Origin: Epiperipatus broadwayi
Taxonomy: Eukaryota; Animalia; Onychophora
Reading direction: 5' to 3'
Length of the DNA: 64,000 nt
Assembly: GCA_028023455.1 (NCBI GenBank)
Contig: JAQFVV010000008.1
Span: forward strand, 13,764,001 to 13,828,000
Shown here piece after piece: positions 25,147 to 38,929 of the stretch. How positions within the stretch are numbered: position 1 is the stretch's first letter; each line of letters begins with the position of its first letter. The position numbers were made by a program, and so were the translations under genes. Below the pieces are notes generated by a model. That model had not been told where the DNA came from and ran no database searches. It saw only the letters and a list, made by a program, of their open reading frames with translations.

Positions 25147-26200
25147 CTGCCTCCTCTAGTTAAAATTAATCCTGGAGAATCATGCAGGTGCATTAATAGT
25201 TATCTTCTTACTTTGTGACATCATCTAGCTTAGTGATCTCAGCAGTTACATTATCATTGTTCATCAATTGTGAAACTGTAGGTGACTGGTGACTCATTAT
25301 TGATAGATTGTGACTCTACTTTGTCATTTGATGAGGCTTCACTGATGGTTGATGACATGTAGTGTAATCTTAGTTGGTTTCGATGTTTATAATGCTGCTG
25401 TCCATCAGCTGTTTTAACCACCACTGTCTGGGATCCTTTAACTTTGATCACAACTGCTGGAATCCATTTGGTGGTTCTCTTAAATGTAACATATTAGAAG
25501 AAAGTCCCTATCCACTTTTTTGCATTTTCATGCTTTATTTTAAGCTCAAACTTGGATTATCAACAGCTACTTTTGGGTAGACCCTGTTTGAATTTATTAT
25601 TGTGAACTGGTTCGCTTTAGTCGTTGTAAATTCTAAATAAGTGAACCAATTATGTTCTAATAAATTGCTCTCCTTACCACTAGATACAATTAAAAGGGCA
25701 GATATCTTACTGGTCATTGTAACTTTGTCCAGCCCAAGAGTGCTACTTGATTGCCTTGGTAATCAATAATTGTTTTACTGCTAGGATTCAGATGATAGTT
25801 ATTTTTCTTATTGATGATAGTTCATGTATTTTTTGATGCAATGGATACTGCAGACCTGGTGTCCAGTCCCACAGTTAATGGCATATGATTAATAAGAATT
25901 TTGCATTTAAAAGCAGACTCAATGCCTCTCACATTGTTTTGCAGACATTTTGTTTCTTAGATTAAGTTGTATTTTTGACTTTTTGGAATAGATTCTTCCA
26001 TTCTGTCATTAGCATCTTGTTGCTTTCTTGTAAAACAAGCAGCTTTTGTGTGATTAATATGCTTGGAATATGTATATACTGTATATCAGTGGGGACTTTA
26101 GGTGGGTAAGTGTATCTTGGTTGGACACATCTATAACAATGTTTTTACTTGTTGCTGATTTATTCAAGCAGTTTTTTGATAACTTATAAATAATACATTT
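24684..26200 (-). mobile_element. Internally deleted Ty3/gypsy remnant: gag knuckles, protease, integrase C-terminus, PPT and 3' LTR; RT, RNase H and integrase core absent
   Basis: Minus strand: HCYRC (~26140), KHINHTKAAC, VGLDTRSAVSI (PR, ~25850), KESNLLEHNWF, then within ~150 bp KWIPAVVIKVKGSQTVVVKTADGQQHYKHRNQLR (IN C-terminus); PPT AGAGGAGGCAG at 25157-25147; LTR TGTCATA...TGTAACA at 25146-24684. Confidence 0.75.
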
Positions 26201-26647
26201 AAATTACTAAAAAAATTACTGTTAATATTGTTTAAAAAAACATTATATATTGAAAAATAAAGAAGAGTTAATTCCTTTTAATAAAAATTGTCAATAATAT
26301 ATTGTGCATATAAATTCTGATAATATTAACAAGTCATAATAAATTACAACTTATCAATTATGTAACAGTGTAAATATAAACCTATTCACAAAACAACTAA
26401 ATCTAAATAGGTTATCACAATACTTGTGGGTTATTAAAATTTTATCTAAATTGTTATTTGATACTGTAAACTGGTTTAATTAATATAAAAATACAAATAG
26501 CTGCTGATAAAAATTTTCAGTCTTTTCAAATGTCAATGTTTAATTTATTATATAATAATGTGGAGTAAGATAAAAGTTATTATTTTTTATCTGGCTAATA
26601 GACTGGCATTGATACAAAAAAATGTGCATTATTTGTAAAGTTAGTAA

Positions 26648-26729
26648 ATGATTCTTTAAAAATTTGATATGTGAATTATTTTAGTAATATGATTCTTTAA
26701 AAATTTGATATGTGAATTATTTTAGTAAT
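26648..26729. repeat. 41-bp perfect tandem duplication
   Basis: ATGATTCTTTAAAAATTTGATATGTGAATTATTTTAGTAAT at 26648 and 26689. Confidence 0.9.
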
Positions 26730-27054
26730 ATTTTCAGACTTAACTGTCCTAAGAATAGGTTTATATATTAAATTCTCTTCCCGAAGGAAATTTGAACTAA
26801 CTACAATATACAAGCAAATGAGTCTAATTGATCATTGGTATAATGTAGCTTGTTACCTATTATCATAATTTATTATTTAGCATTTCAATATTTAGAGCCA
26901 TAGCCTGAACTTTAACAAGATCTTTATATTAATACAATCTATATATTGTACTGCTATTGAACAGCAGTACGTCTGTAATTTTTAATAAAAAATTAAGATA
27001 AAAATAAATTATGAGTGGGTTAATTTAAATATTTTTTTTTTAAACAAAAAATAA

Positions 27055-28537
27055 AAAAATAAAAAATACTTCATCATAGTTTTCTCTTAGAATAAAACTT
27101 TTTAGTAGGAGGGGGAAGAAATGGATATGATAGAATTAAAAAACAGTTAAACCTTTTCTCTCTCTCTCTTTTTAAAAAACAAAACAGCTTTTATAAAGTA
27201 AAAGCTAAATAAATATGTAAAATCAGACTGAAAATTAGTCTGTAAAAATAAAATATAAAACTTTCATTATGTAATTAGTTTATAAGATTTTGATTAATAA
27301 TAGAATCAAAATCAATAGGTTTTTTTTTTACAATCGTAAAATCAATAGTTGTATTAATTTTTTAAAAAAACTGTAAACTATCTTATCAAGAATGTTTAGA
27401 TGAATCTGAGCAAGGGATTAATATAAAAAGAAATATAAAATTAATTAAAAGACATTTCAAGTTAAGATCTAAATTAAAAGTAACGATAAGGAATTAAAAC
27501 ACCAGGAGAGAAAAAAAGTATATAAAGCCAAAGCCGCTCTCTTTATTGTTCTATAGTCTGGTTTATGATATAGTCTGGTTTGTGATATAGAATCTGTTCA
27601 GATTATTATTATTCAGTTCAGTCAAAATGCAGAATCCAAACAACCAGAGATCCAGATATTTGGAATTCATTGCTGCAGTTAACATTAATGGAAAACCTGC
27701 ATAAGCCATGGAGATGTCCAAAAGAACTTCATGCCCCAAACCTCCGCAAGTCAACTATTCCGCCTGGAACAAATACTGGAAACTGATACCAAAATCATAA
27801 AATAGATGCTATTGCTGGTCTCTCTCTCTTCCCCAATGCTGAGTCATAAGATAGAAACAAGCCATGAAGCCATCAATGCAGAACCAAAAAGGCCAACCGG
27901 TTTGAAAATACACACAATGAAACTCTAGATAAAGAAATTTAAAATATATTCTGATTACAGTCTAGACTCTTTATATTTAAATGAATGAACTTTAATTAAT
28001 GAAGACTATCATAATTTAGCCTGAGTAATTACTTATATCTTTTTTATATGTAAATTTCAATATTATTGTGTTAATGTTTGCCTTAATTGTTATTTTGTCT
28101 ATTTTCTCTTTCTCAGCATTGCATCACCAGTCAATTATTGTATAAGTTACTTTATGTGTTAAGTAAATATGCTGGACCCTGAGACAGAGTATGAGCTAGT
28201 CATGGGATATTTTAAGCATTGGATTATGGACTTACCTCCAGGCATAATAATTATTTCGTGTAATTAGCTGGCACCTGAGGTTTACTTCTAAATAAATAAA
28301 ATGCTTTAGGTGGTAGGGGTTTGAATCTAGCAGTCAAGGTGGGCCACAGTCTGGAAATGTGATTGTGTTATGCTTTGCATAGCTTGGTCTAACCATAGGT
28401 ATCGTTGATAGCTCTGCTATCGATGGAATTCTCCCTTCTGCTTGAAGAGATATTAAAAATTTAAAATTTAAAATTATGTTAAAAAGGTTAAAATTTAAAC
28501 AGCTTCTTTTAAATGGACCCGGTTCAATATATACATA
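27055..28537 (+). repeat. ~1.45-kb interspersed repeat, copy A (inverted partner at 32992-34435)
   Basis: Colinear blocks shared with the reverse complement of copy B: TTAGAATAAAACT, CATTAATGGAAA..GCATAAGCCAT, AGTCTAGACT, GCTGGACCCTGA, GAGCTAGTCATGGGATAT, GGTGGGCCAC.GTCTGGAAATGTGAT, TTATGCTTTGCATAG, GGACCCGGTT.AATAT. Confidence 0.85.
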
Positions 28538-31149
28538 TGGTTTTTTTTTTAAAAAAAGTATGTATTATAATGCAACTTAATTGGAAAAAGAATACAGTCA
28601 AATAAAAATCATTCAAAACATATCAAATTTCAATAATACTTGCAACATTAAAAGAATAACAGTGAAATATGGTAAGATCTTTATATTACATTACACATAA
28701 TAAGATTATAATAGAAACTAAAAAAACTGAAGCTTTATTGTTATCTTTGGGTATAAAAGATTATCCTTAAATACATATTATAATATCCTGGTTTCATCAC
28801 CTTTTAACTTATAAAATAGATTCACATATACAAATAATACATAAAATAAATGAATATGAGTAATTTAAAATACTTCATTAAAACTGTATAAACTCTTTTA
28901 AAATATTACATTAGATTGTACAAATTTTCATATTTTTTATTACTTTGGTAGTAAAAAGGACACTAAATAATTATTTCTTAAGACTGTAAAAAATAAGTAA
29001 AATAACTGTTTTCATTCTTTCTTTGATTTTTGATATTAAAAATATAATAATTTTGTGATGTTAATTTCAAAATACTTTTACTTTAGTTAGCTATTAATTT
29101 TGTATTTTTTTGAAAATGTAACTTTTTTTTGTTAATTAGAAAAGATTTAAGAATTGATCTAAAAATTATTTTGTTACAATAAATGAATAAATTATATTTA
29201 ACAAATTGTCTGAGTGTGTGTAATTATAGATTAACATCAGTGTATTTTTAAATGACATGGTAATTATTCTGCTTCGCTGATTTGTATTAACTTTTTAGCC
29301 ATAAAGTTTTATTTGAATGTGACTTCTAAAAAATGTAGTTTTGTTTCCAGTAGAATTATTTTATTTTAATGTAGAAATAAAAAGAAGTATTTTTTTTTTT
29401 TTCAAAATGGATTCTCTTCTTAATAATATACACTTTCCAACTACAGCACCCTTTGCAGAACATCAGAGCAGGAAAAAGAAGTTATAGAAGATAAAGCACA
29501 GAAATAAAGTGAAAAGATGACAGGTACTATCTGTATAAGGATTATGAGAAAGAGTTTAGGACTCACTTAGAAAGGAATTGTGAACTGTTGTGTTTAAAAA
29601 AAATTCATTACATATAAAGAATAACAGGTTCTAATTTTGTCAGCTATTCTCATCATTTTTTATGTAATATTGCCGCTGTCTATATGATTAAAAAACAGGA
29701 TATAAAATGGAATGTATATAATTTTAGAGAAACTTTAGGCAATATGGTAGATAAAGCTCAAATATTATGGTATGAGCAAAACTAGAAAAATTTTCAAATA
29801 CCTTCCCACATCATTACCTACAGCATCAGTAATAGAATATATAAAACTTTTGAGCAGAACAGTGATAATAAAAATCTGCCTTGTATTCCAATAAGTGTAG
29901 ACACCAGTTAAAGACCTAGTTTATTGTAGATTTATCAAGGCTTTCTTAAAAAGACTTTATATCCAGCTATGGATAAAACTCTGGTTGCTGAATCAGAAAA
30001 ATCTAAAAGTAATGAACACCCAGCTCAACTAAATAAGTCAGATAGTTTGAGCATATTAATAATAGGCCACCAATTTAAAATGTCTAACAGGAAAAAGAGA
30101 TAAACTGGCAGAGAAAAATGATGCCAGACCTAAATAGGATACCCAATGATCAATAAAAATATTATTTGAGAATGCATACAATTGGCAGATGAGAGTAAAA
30201 ACATTCAACATATATAACCTTGATTTGTTATTTTTAGTCAATTTAAGTCTATTTTGAATTTTTTTTTAAAAATAAATAAATAAAAATTTCCCTGTTTACA
30301 TTAATGGTCAATTTCATTTTTTTCCCCCTTGCCCAACGGGCAGTTGAGAAGCTTTGTCGATCTCAAAATTTAATTTGTATGTCAGTTGGCTAAGCAAACT
30401 TACATTTTAATTTGTTTTTTATTAACTTGTGTTTTGGTGTGATATTATATATACACACACTAATAATAAAAAGATTTTAAAATTAGCTGTCTATTTCAAT
30501 GTAACAATTTTTTTTTTTTAAATGTGAACTTTGTAACCAATTTTATTATCTTTTATTAAAATATTTTTATATAGTGCAGAAACAATGCTTTTCTTTATGA
30601 CTAATCCCTTTCATTAATTAAAAATTTAACAAAAATATAGTTTATCTCTAACCATTGTTGTCTGAAAAATTTTTAATGAAGATAATAAATCCGGAATTTA
30701 CTATTTCTTTCTAAAAAAAAAAAATGTGTCGTTTATTTCTTTTGAAATATGTGATTTTCTGCATCAATTTTTCTTATCTTGAATTTATTCGGTGTACTCT
30801 TCATAATTAAAAAAACTAAGTGCAAAATATTAATAATGAAATAAAATTAGAGTTTTATTTTTACTAATACATGTCCATCTGTAAAAATCACTCTAAAAAC
30901 AAACAAAATACCCTCAGCATTGTAAATTAAATCTGTAATCAGATAGACTATACAATATAGATAATTTGTAGGAATATTTAGAAAAGTTGAAGAGAAAAAA
31001 AAAGACAGTAGTTGAGAAAATAAAATTTTTATTTTATTTAGTTCTTAATTTAATATTTGCACTATGCGCAAATAAAAGTTTTATACAGGGTGATTTTATA
31101 TATATTTTTGAAACTGCTCAAGAGCCATAATGAGCCCATGGGCTTGAAA

Positions 31150-31170
31150 TTTCCTACCCCTGCTCTAGGG
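31150..31170 (-). mobile_element. hAT-like terminal inverted repeat with a Charlie-type target site (one end only)
   Basis: Reverse complement CAGGGGTAGGAAA flanked by CTCTAGGG, similar to the NTCTAGAN target preference; the second end was not found. Confidence 0.35.
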
Positions 31171-31855
31171 CATAGAATCCTTGGATTGATTCTAGTTATG
31201 GAATTTCCCATATTTGAATGAGTCATTTGACTATTTATTTATTAACTATCTTATTTTTTTTTTTTTTTTGTTAACGGTAGATTATAAAAGAGCATTATCA
31301 CCCTTGAAAAGTTTCTGTAAGTTATAGAACAGAATTAGTGCTACCAGGTCACCATCCATATAAGCAGATAAATGGTATAATCACTATTGCTGCTTCTCAT
31401 GTTTCTGTAATAATGATAAATATCTAGAAAATATATGGAACTATAGCCTATTCTTGTAAAATAACTGAAAGAATACTATCAAAGGAACCTCATATCAAGC
31501 ATACTAAAAACTGCATGAATAGCTTTATCTCAAAAGTATCTACAAATTGTATGAATAATTTATTTCAACATAAATTATTAACTATAAAAAGAGATTGTTT
31601 AAACAACATAAAGAAAGCTGTCTGAGATTTAATAACATCAAAACAGAGAATTTACAGTTTCTGAATCATCTAATGCAATTGTATGAATTTATATAAACCT
31701 GGAATTATCTTCATTTACAAGAAGCTATTTTTATTTAAAGAACAAAATGAAGCTGTTCAATTAAACCTATTAAGGATTACATCAACAAGTCATAGTTAAG
31801 CTTCTGGAGAATTGTCATGCAAGAAAATATTTTATGTATATGCTGTGTCCACAAG

Positions 31856-32376
31856 TATAACAGGGTGGCCAGCATATAAATATATACAATAAAAGATTCA
31901 CAACTTTTAAGTAATAAGAATAGCGAATAGTCTGCAACAACACTACCTCAACAGTTCACTAATGTTCAATTCCCGTGATGTGCTTTCAGGTTGGCTGCTA
32001 CAAAAACAGTTCACAATGAGTTAGGTTTATGCACATCTTGGCCCCAGTTCAATTTAGCTGCACATGAACACATCATAGTGTAGCACTGCAACTGACTATA
32101 AGCTCCTTACAGCTTCTGTCTCTGCAACAGTCCACCAGTAACTCCAATTGAAAACTGTTGAAAACTCTTTTAACTCTTCATTTAGCTGCTATCCGGATGG
32201 TTTCCTCAGGCTACGGTCTCCCAATCTCTGTGGGCCTATTCAGCTATGCCTGTGAACTACATTTTCACTGAGTACTGGACATTAACCGAAGCACTGACAC
32301 AAGATCTCTCCTACACCGGGATCGAACAGGAAAGTCAACTGGAGATGCACTCAAATGGTCCCACGTACTTGTTACA
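31856..32376 (-). mobile_element. Possible solo LTR
   Basis: GC-elevated 521-bp block bounded by TGTAACA and TGTTATA on the minus strand; no clean TSD. Confidence 0.3.
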
Positions 32377-32991
32377 TACTCTTTTTATAGCTTTCTGATA
32401 ACTGTTACAATTAATTACCTTCTCCAATAAGATAATGTCTCTTATCTAGAAATATTTGCAATAAGAAAATATTTCTTGGAATTTTATCGATCACCATTGC
32501 GTTAATTCTTTAATTAAATTTTTATCAGTTATCAGTTTGTGATCTAAAAAAAATCTCTCTAATAAATTCTAGTTTTTCTGGAGTGCACAAACTTGTATAA
32601 AACTTTTACAAAATACAACAGTATGTATGTAGAGTGATTTTAAAATTCAGCAGTACAATCAAAAAATGTTTTACTATTCTCATATTCTAATTTTTTTTTT
32701 ATTTAAACTCTGCTTAATTTCACTCTTACTTTAATAATTTTAAACATTAACTCAAATATAATTAACATTTATGATACATTCAGTTTTTTTTGTTGTTGTT
32801 GTGTTATTTTAAGCCATGTATTAAACTGAAATGTGACTTCACCATTGCATCGTAAATAAAAAGGTAATTTACTCAATTAAATCTGAAAGGAAATTGATTT
32901 AGTACATAATGTAATTATAAAATGCTAGAATTATTAGAGTTATATGTTAAACAGTATTGCAATTAGAAAACTATCCTAATTAAAGTTTTTA

Positions 32992-34435
32992 TGTATATAG
33001 ATATTAAACCGGGTCCAATATGAAATGTTTATCTGGATTTAAATCCCTTTTATAATAATTTTAAAAAAACATGGGAATGGACCAACCCTTCAAGCAGAGG
33101 GGAGAATGCCATTGTTAGCAGTGCCATCAATGATATCCATGATCAGATCAAACTATGCAAAGCATAACATGATCACATTTCCAGACAGTGGCCCACCTCG
33201 ACTGCTGGAATCAAACCCTTACCATCCAAAGTATTTTGTTTTGAGGATCAATCTCGGGTGCCAGTAAACCATAGATAGTAGTCAGTGTGCTTCGAACAAC
33301 AGATCCACAATATGGTGCTAGATATATCCCATGACTAGCTCACACTCTGAGTCAGGGTCCAGCACATTTACTTAACACAAAATAACTCTGCACTAATTTA
33401 CTGGTCAGTAACATGAGAAAGAGAGAAAATAAACAAAATATTTAAGCAAACATTAATATTAATTTATGCACACATATATTCAATATAATATAAAATAACA
33501 ATAAATTTTACATAAAAAAATGTAAATGATTACTTTAAGCTATAGTTATAATAGTCCATTAATTAAAGTTCATTTCATTTAAAATAAAATAGTCTAGACT
33601 GTGATCAAAATATATTTAAAACTATCTTTATCTAGGTTTTCATTGGTTTTTATTTTCCAAACAGTTGGTCTTTTGTTTCTCCATCGATGGCTTTCCTTCC
33701 AAGTTTATGTTGAATAATGATAGAGAGGATATGTGGCAGCTTTTACTTTACAATCTCAATATTGGTTCCAGGTACAGATTCAGGTGGGATAGTTGATGGC
33801 TGAGGGCTTGGGGCACGAAGCCCTGCCAGATACTCCTATGGCTTATGCGGCCTTTCCATTAATGTGGACCGCAACAGTATCAACACTAATAGCAATCCTG
33901 ACTGTAAATCACAAACCCGATTAAAGAATAGCCAAGATGTAAATTTTATATCCCTCTCTCCATTGTTCTTTTTTTTAATCATCTTTAATCGATCATAATT
34001 TAAATCTATATTTTTAATTAATTTTTAAATTTCCTTAATTAATTGATTTTTACATTTCATTTTAATCTAATCTTTTGCTTAGATTAATCTAATATCTTAT
34101 CATCCAGAAATCTTACAAACTTAATTGCATTCCAAAGCCGATGAGATATTTTCACAAAAGTTTCTTTTATAACAAATTTTATTTTAATATTTTATATTTG
34201 TTTATTTTTAGCCATTTTATTTAACTATTTTAAAAAGGAGAGAATGAATTTTAAACTTATTTATTTTAGATTTTGCCTAAGATTTATTTTACACATTTTA
34301 TTCCCCTAACTTATTTTTGCTTTATAAAACAAAGAGAGTTTTCTTTAACAAAGAATTTTTAAATCTTTCCCTACCCTCTTGCTAAGAACAGTTTTATTCT
34401 AAAATAAAAATATGACACAATATTTTTATTTTTTA
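32992..34435 (-). repeat. ~1.45-kb interspersed repeat, copy B (inverted relative to copy A)
   Basis: Same blocks in reverse complement, roughly 70-75% identity by eye. Confidence 0.85.
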
Positions 34436-34538
34436 CAAGTTTGCATATTAAAATCTATTTTAAAATCATATTATTAATATATATGTGTGCTCTGCGCACA
34501 GATAATGAAGCTATTCAATGTACGTAAAATTCTCAAAA

Positions 34539-34589
34539 GTTACCGCCAAGCGCTTTCGGGACAGTTTATAGACCCATATTCATGGCAAC
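34539..34589 (-). ncRNA. Hammerhead-like motif with variant core (A3-U8 in place of C3-G8)
   Basis: Minus strand GUUGCC-AUGAAUA-U-GGG UCUAUAAACUGU CCC-GAAA-GCGC-UU/GGCGGUAAC. Stem I, 3-bp GC stem II, palindromic stem III AGCGCU and an NUH triplet (CUU) are all in register. Confidence 0.5.
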
Positions 34590-35394
34590 TTGTATTTGGT
34601 TAATAACTATATTTTTCTACTTTCATTTTTTTAATAACTTAATCATTTATTTTAAATGAAAAATATGTAACATGAGCTATATGTAGTTTTTATAACACAT
34701 ATCTCATGTTCATGACACAACATATTGAAACATTTTCCTGTCTGACTAGCTCTCTGTTACACATATAATGCGCGAGTTGATCAAGTTATGCAAAAAGAAG
34801 AAAGTTGTATTTCTATTTCTAAAAACATAACTATATTTCCTGGTCAACTCTACCTAGAAATTGTTACGATTTACGCTATCGACGAAATCAGTTTTTAATT
34901 TATTTGAAAGGTGCCATGATTCTGTAAGAATCCACTGAAATCATCACATAACATCTCGCAAATTAAAAAGAAAAATGTTTTTAAAGGATCGGTATTAGAT
35001 TTTACCATGAACTAGAATTATTTTTTAAATATTATTATTGGAACTTATTAAACACATATTGGCAAAGGTAAATTATATTTTCAAATATCGCTACTAATAT
35101 TAATAAATTTAATAATAAACATTGATAATCACTATTAATAATGCACAAATGAAAAGTTGATATTAGAAATAAACATTTTTATTCTAACAGATTAAAATAT
35201 TTAAAGATAAATTACAACTTAAATAAACTGGAGAGAACACACACTAATTCAGATATGAATCCATTAATAAAAAATAACAGTTAAACAATTAAAAAGTTCT
35301 TGGTTAAATAAGTCTCTTGATCCATAAAATTAAAGTCTCTATCAGGGTCCTACTATACGTATATTTTTAAGAATTGTTTGCAAACGCTTAGTTT

Positions 35395-35818
35395 TGTCAC
35401 AATCGGGAATAAGGAATCATAGCTTACTGGTAAGTTTAGTGAGTTCACGAAGTTTGTAGAATACTATGCATAGTTTTTTGGGTTAGAATGAGCTCGGCCA
35501 TTGGTTATAAGTTGATCTTGTGGTCTATTCTACTAGTCAGTCACGAAAGCTTTCCTGGTGTCCATCTTCAATAACGATGTCCGTTAAAGCTCCAGTTCAC
35601 TCTAACATGCAGAATTATTTCAGCGTAGGGCGATCCTGGATATATTCTTTTGTTATCCAGGACCGACTGTAGAAATTTCAGACAAAACAAGAACCTGATC
35701 AAACTGGCCTCTCTCTTTTTATACTAGAGGTCCAGTTTTCAGACTTCTGCACATACCTTTTGTTTATCAAAAATATACGTTGATAATCTCGTACATTCTT
35801 TATAAAATTTACATTACA
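35395..35818 (-). mobile_element. Possible solo LTR
   Basis: Minus strand TGTAATG...TGTGACA, 424 bp, with TATAAAAG near 35720 and a raised GC/CpG content; no clean TSD. Confidence 0.4.
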
Positions 35819-37668
35819 AAGTCTTTATTTTTTGTAGCATAATTCTACCATCTTTAATTAGTTAAAATATTTTTCTTTTAGTTTATCTTTTTACTTTCGG
35901 AATTCTTTTAATTTATCTGGATCAGTAATCTGCGTGTCTTTTGTTCTCTCCAATTTTAACTTTTATTTTTAATTACATAAAAAAAATATGAAAGACAATT
36001 TTAACTTTCACTGTACATTTTTAAAAAAGATTATACTAATAAAAAAAAAATCTAAATTTACTTTTTTTTTTAGCTTTTACCAAATGCCAATATATTTGTA
36101 CCATATATAAATAAATGGTACAATATATAGCCATTTACATACATATGTAAATCAGTCTCTATTATTATACATGGTCAAACTTGCTAATCAAATATTTTGT
36201 TGCTTAAAAAACAATCATAGTTCTTTGTGTCCAAATCTATATTCTTTATATATATGTGTGTTCTGTGATTAACATACTCTACTTATGTTTTCATAAGTTG
36301 AGGGAGTATGTGTTCCCATTCATTCAATCTATTGCTGCATGAATGTTTTAATATACGTGAATGTTTACAGACAAGTTGCTTTGTCTAGAGAGTAGACAGT
36401 ACCTGAAATAAAAATATTTAATCATTTATGGATTGGATGTATAATCAAAATAATACAATCATCTTTTCCATACGTATATGCATGCACATATCTAATGCCA
36501 ATTTGGATTTTTATTATAATACAGCTGGTGAACAGAAGGATTGATCATACTTGATCATTATGTGAATTAACATTGAATCTTATTTTACGCTTAAAAGTTT
36601 ATCAAATCTGATATGAAGCATCATGTATATAGTATATCCTAAGGATATCTGCATAATTTGTAATGCATATAAACTAAATCAATGAAATCTATATAATAAA
36701 TGAGATTCTAGAATCAATTATGCTTGTTTTAATATATCATCTTGCCCTATATACAAATATATATATATATATTGTGACCTTCTGGTTTGGCACCAGAAAT
36801 ATTATTTGTAATTGTGTAATATTGTATCAGTAATATCTGATATCATCTTATTAAAAAAAAAAATGAAATAACGTGAAATTTTAAAAAATTTTTAGTAAAG
36901 ACTTAAAACTATGCTTAAAAGTATTTATAGGTATAATTTGAGGATTATTAGATATTTAATATTTTACTTTAGTGTATAATCAATGATAGGATAAGGGGGG
37001 TAGCTTGTCGCAAAAGTAGTCAGTTCAGTTTAGGTTAATTCTAAGTGTTTTTATTTGTTTACAGAAAAGTATTAAGATTTGTTTGAATGATTCTCTAGTT
37101 CATTCGCTTTTCATATTTTAATCTATAGTATAAACAGTGAAGTATGTTTAACTTATCATCATTAACATTGTTGTTTCAGTCACATCAGTTTAATACCTAT
37201 AGTACATTATTTGTAAATATTCATTTATGTCCGTATCATTATCCAACTTCATTTTTCATTTAAATGCTTCATGAAACCATCAAATATCATATCTCACATC
37301 CAAATATTTAATTTTCCACTACTAGTTTAAAAACCAGCTTAATTACCTTTTAAATGAATTGATGGATCACTGGACTGGTGAATTAATATGCTGTAAAATA
37401 TTTTATTTGTTAAAATGATTGTTATTAATTTTATTCTATTACTTTAATACAGAATGTTTAATTCTTAGTTCAATTTAATATTTTTTTATTCATCTAAGAG
37501 ACAAAATAGTTTTTTTTTTGTTTCTATTTTTTTTCTACAAGAAAGTTTCTTGCATAAATTAAGTCTTAGTCTCTGTCTGATGACCTTTGAACTTTCAAAT
37601 GACTTTGGATTGGAAGAATAAATGCTGGGTAATTTTTTTTTGAGGACTATAAAAAGGGTTAATTATAA

Positions 37669-37733
37669 AACTACCAAGGGAATTACCAAAGAGAACTACC
37701 AAAGAAAACTACTAAAGGGAACTACAAAATAAA
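37669..37733. repeat. Degenerate ~13-bp minisatellite (AACTACCAAAGGG-like, ~5 copies)
   Basis: aactaccaaggg / aattaccaaagag / aactaccaaagaa / aactactaaaggg / aactacaaaataa. Confidence 0.7.
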
Positions 37734-38929
37734 AAAGACTACTACTCAGATTCTCTGCTGATAGAACTTCAAAGTATTATCAAAATAAAGCTTAATAGTA
37801 CAAGCCTATTCTTCCAAGAAAAAAAGCCAAGTTGAAAGTTTAAAATACTAAAAGTTTCAGGACGATGATAGCGTGAATAACCTAAAGGTACATTAATTTT
37901 ATTCTTAATTGACAGTTTCAGAATTCTCAATCATTATTTTAAATGCATGAGTGTATCTACATTATAATGTATTTAAAATTAATTAGTAATATGAAGAAAG
38001 GAATGGAAGTACATAATTATATTTCAAAATCATTTTATTTAAATTTTATTCCTACTTGTGAAGAAGACAGAAGAATGTCTGTTTGTTTTTCAAAATTATT
38101 TTTCTTAAATTTTAATTATAGTATTAAGGGAACAACTGCAGCGTGTGCATATCTTTATTATATCGGAAAAATATGCGAACTATTATTAAGTCTCTCAAGA
38201 ACTCTTTATGATAAATTTTGTGCTAATTATAAAAGAAGAAGGTTAAAAAAGATGCATAGGAATCATTTATTTTATTATCATTTTATTGAAATACTTGCCT
38301 GATTATTTATATATTTTTTTTTTTGCCTATTAGAAAATGAGACTAAACGTATAATTCAACTAATTATCTAATTATTCTTTCCAATTACTATGAGAAATGG
38401 ATTTAGAAAATCAATGAGACTGAATATGATTTTGTTTTATTAACCCTTAAACCACTAATTATATTATTGGTTGTATGAGGTAAAAATCAAATCTTTTAAT
38501 TGGCCAACTCACAAACTGAAGACAAAGCCTATTGTTAAAACATATTCGCCTATAATATTAAATTCAACTCAGATACGTTTATAAAAAGTATATTACTAAT
38601 TTTTATTATGAAGAGAACGAAAGTTCTTTCAAAAATAAATTGCTATTTATTTATTCTAAAATATTCAATTTCGGCAACATAAAAGCTATAATATAAACAA
38701 AAAGGTCGACTTTTACATTATAGAAAAGTAAATATTTCTTTTTACTAAATCTTAAATATTTTTACTAAAATCTTCAATATTTTTCGAAAATAATTTTGTT
38801 TTTTTAGTATTCTCTCTGAAAATAATTTGTAATTTCTCAAAATATTCTTTTATAATACTTTAAATCATATTCGAAATGAAAATCTCAGCGTTTTTCTTTA
38901 TTTTCTTTGATCAGGCGGTTTCTTTGTTC

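Noticed and set aside
29440-30200. Possible piggyBac transposase C-terminal remnant (LCNIAAVYMI)
   Set aside because: A single weak motif with no DDD core or convincing cysteine-rich domain.
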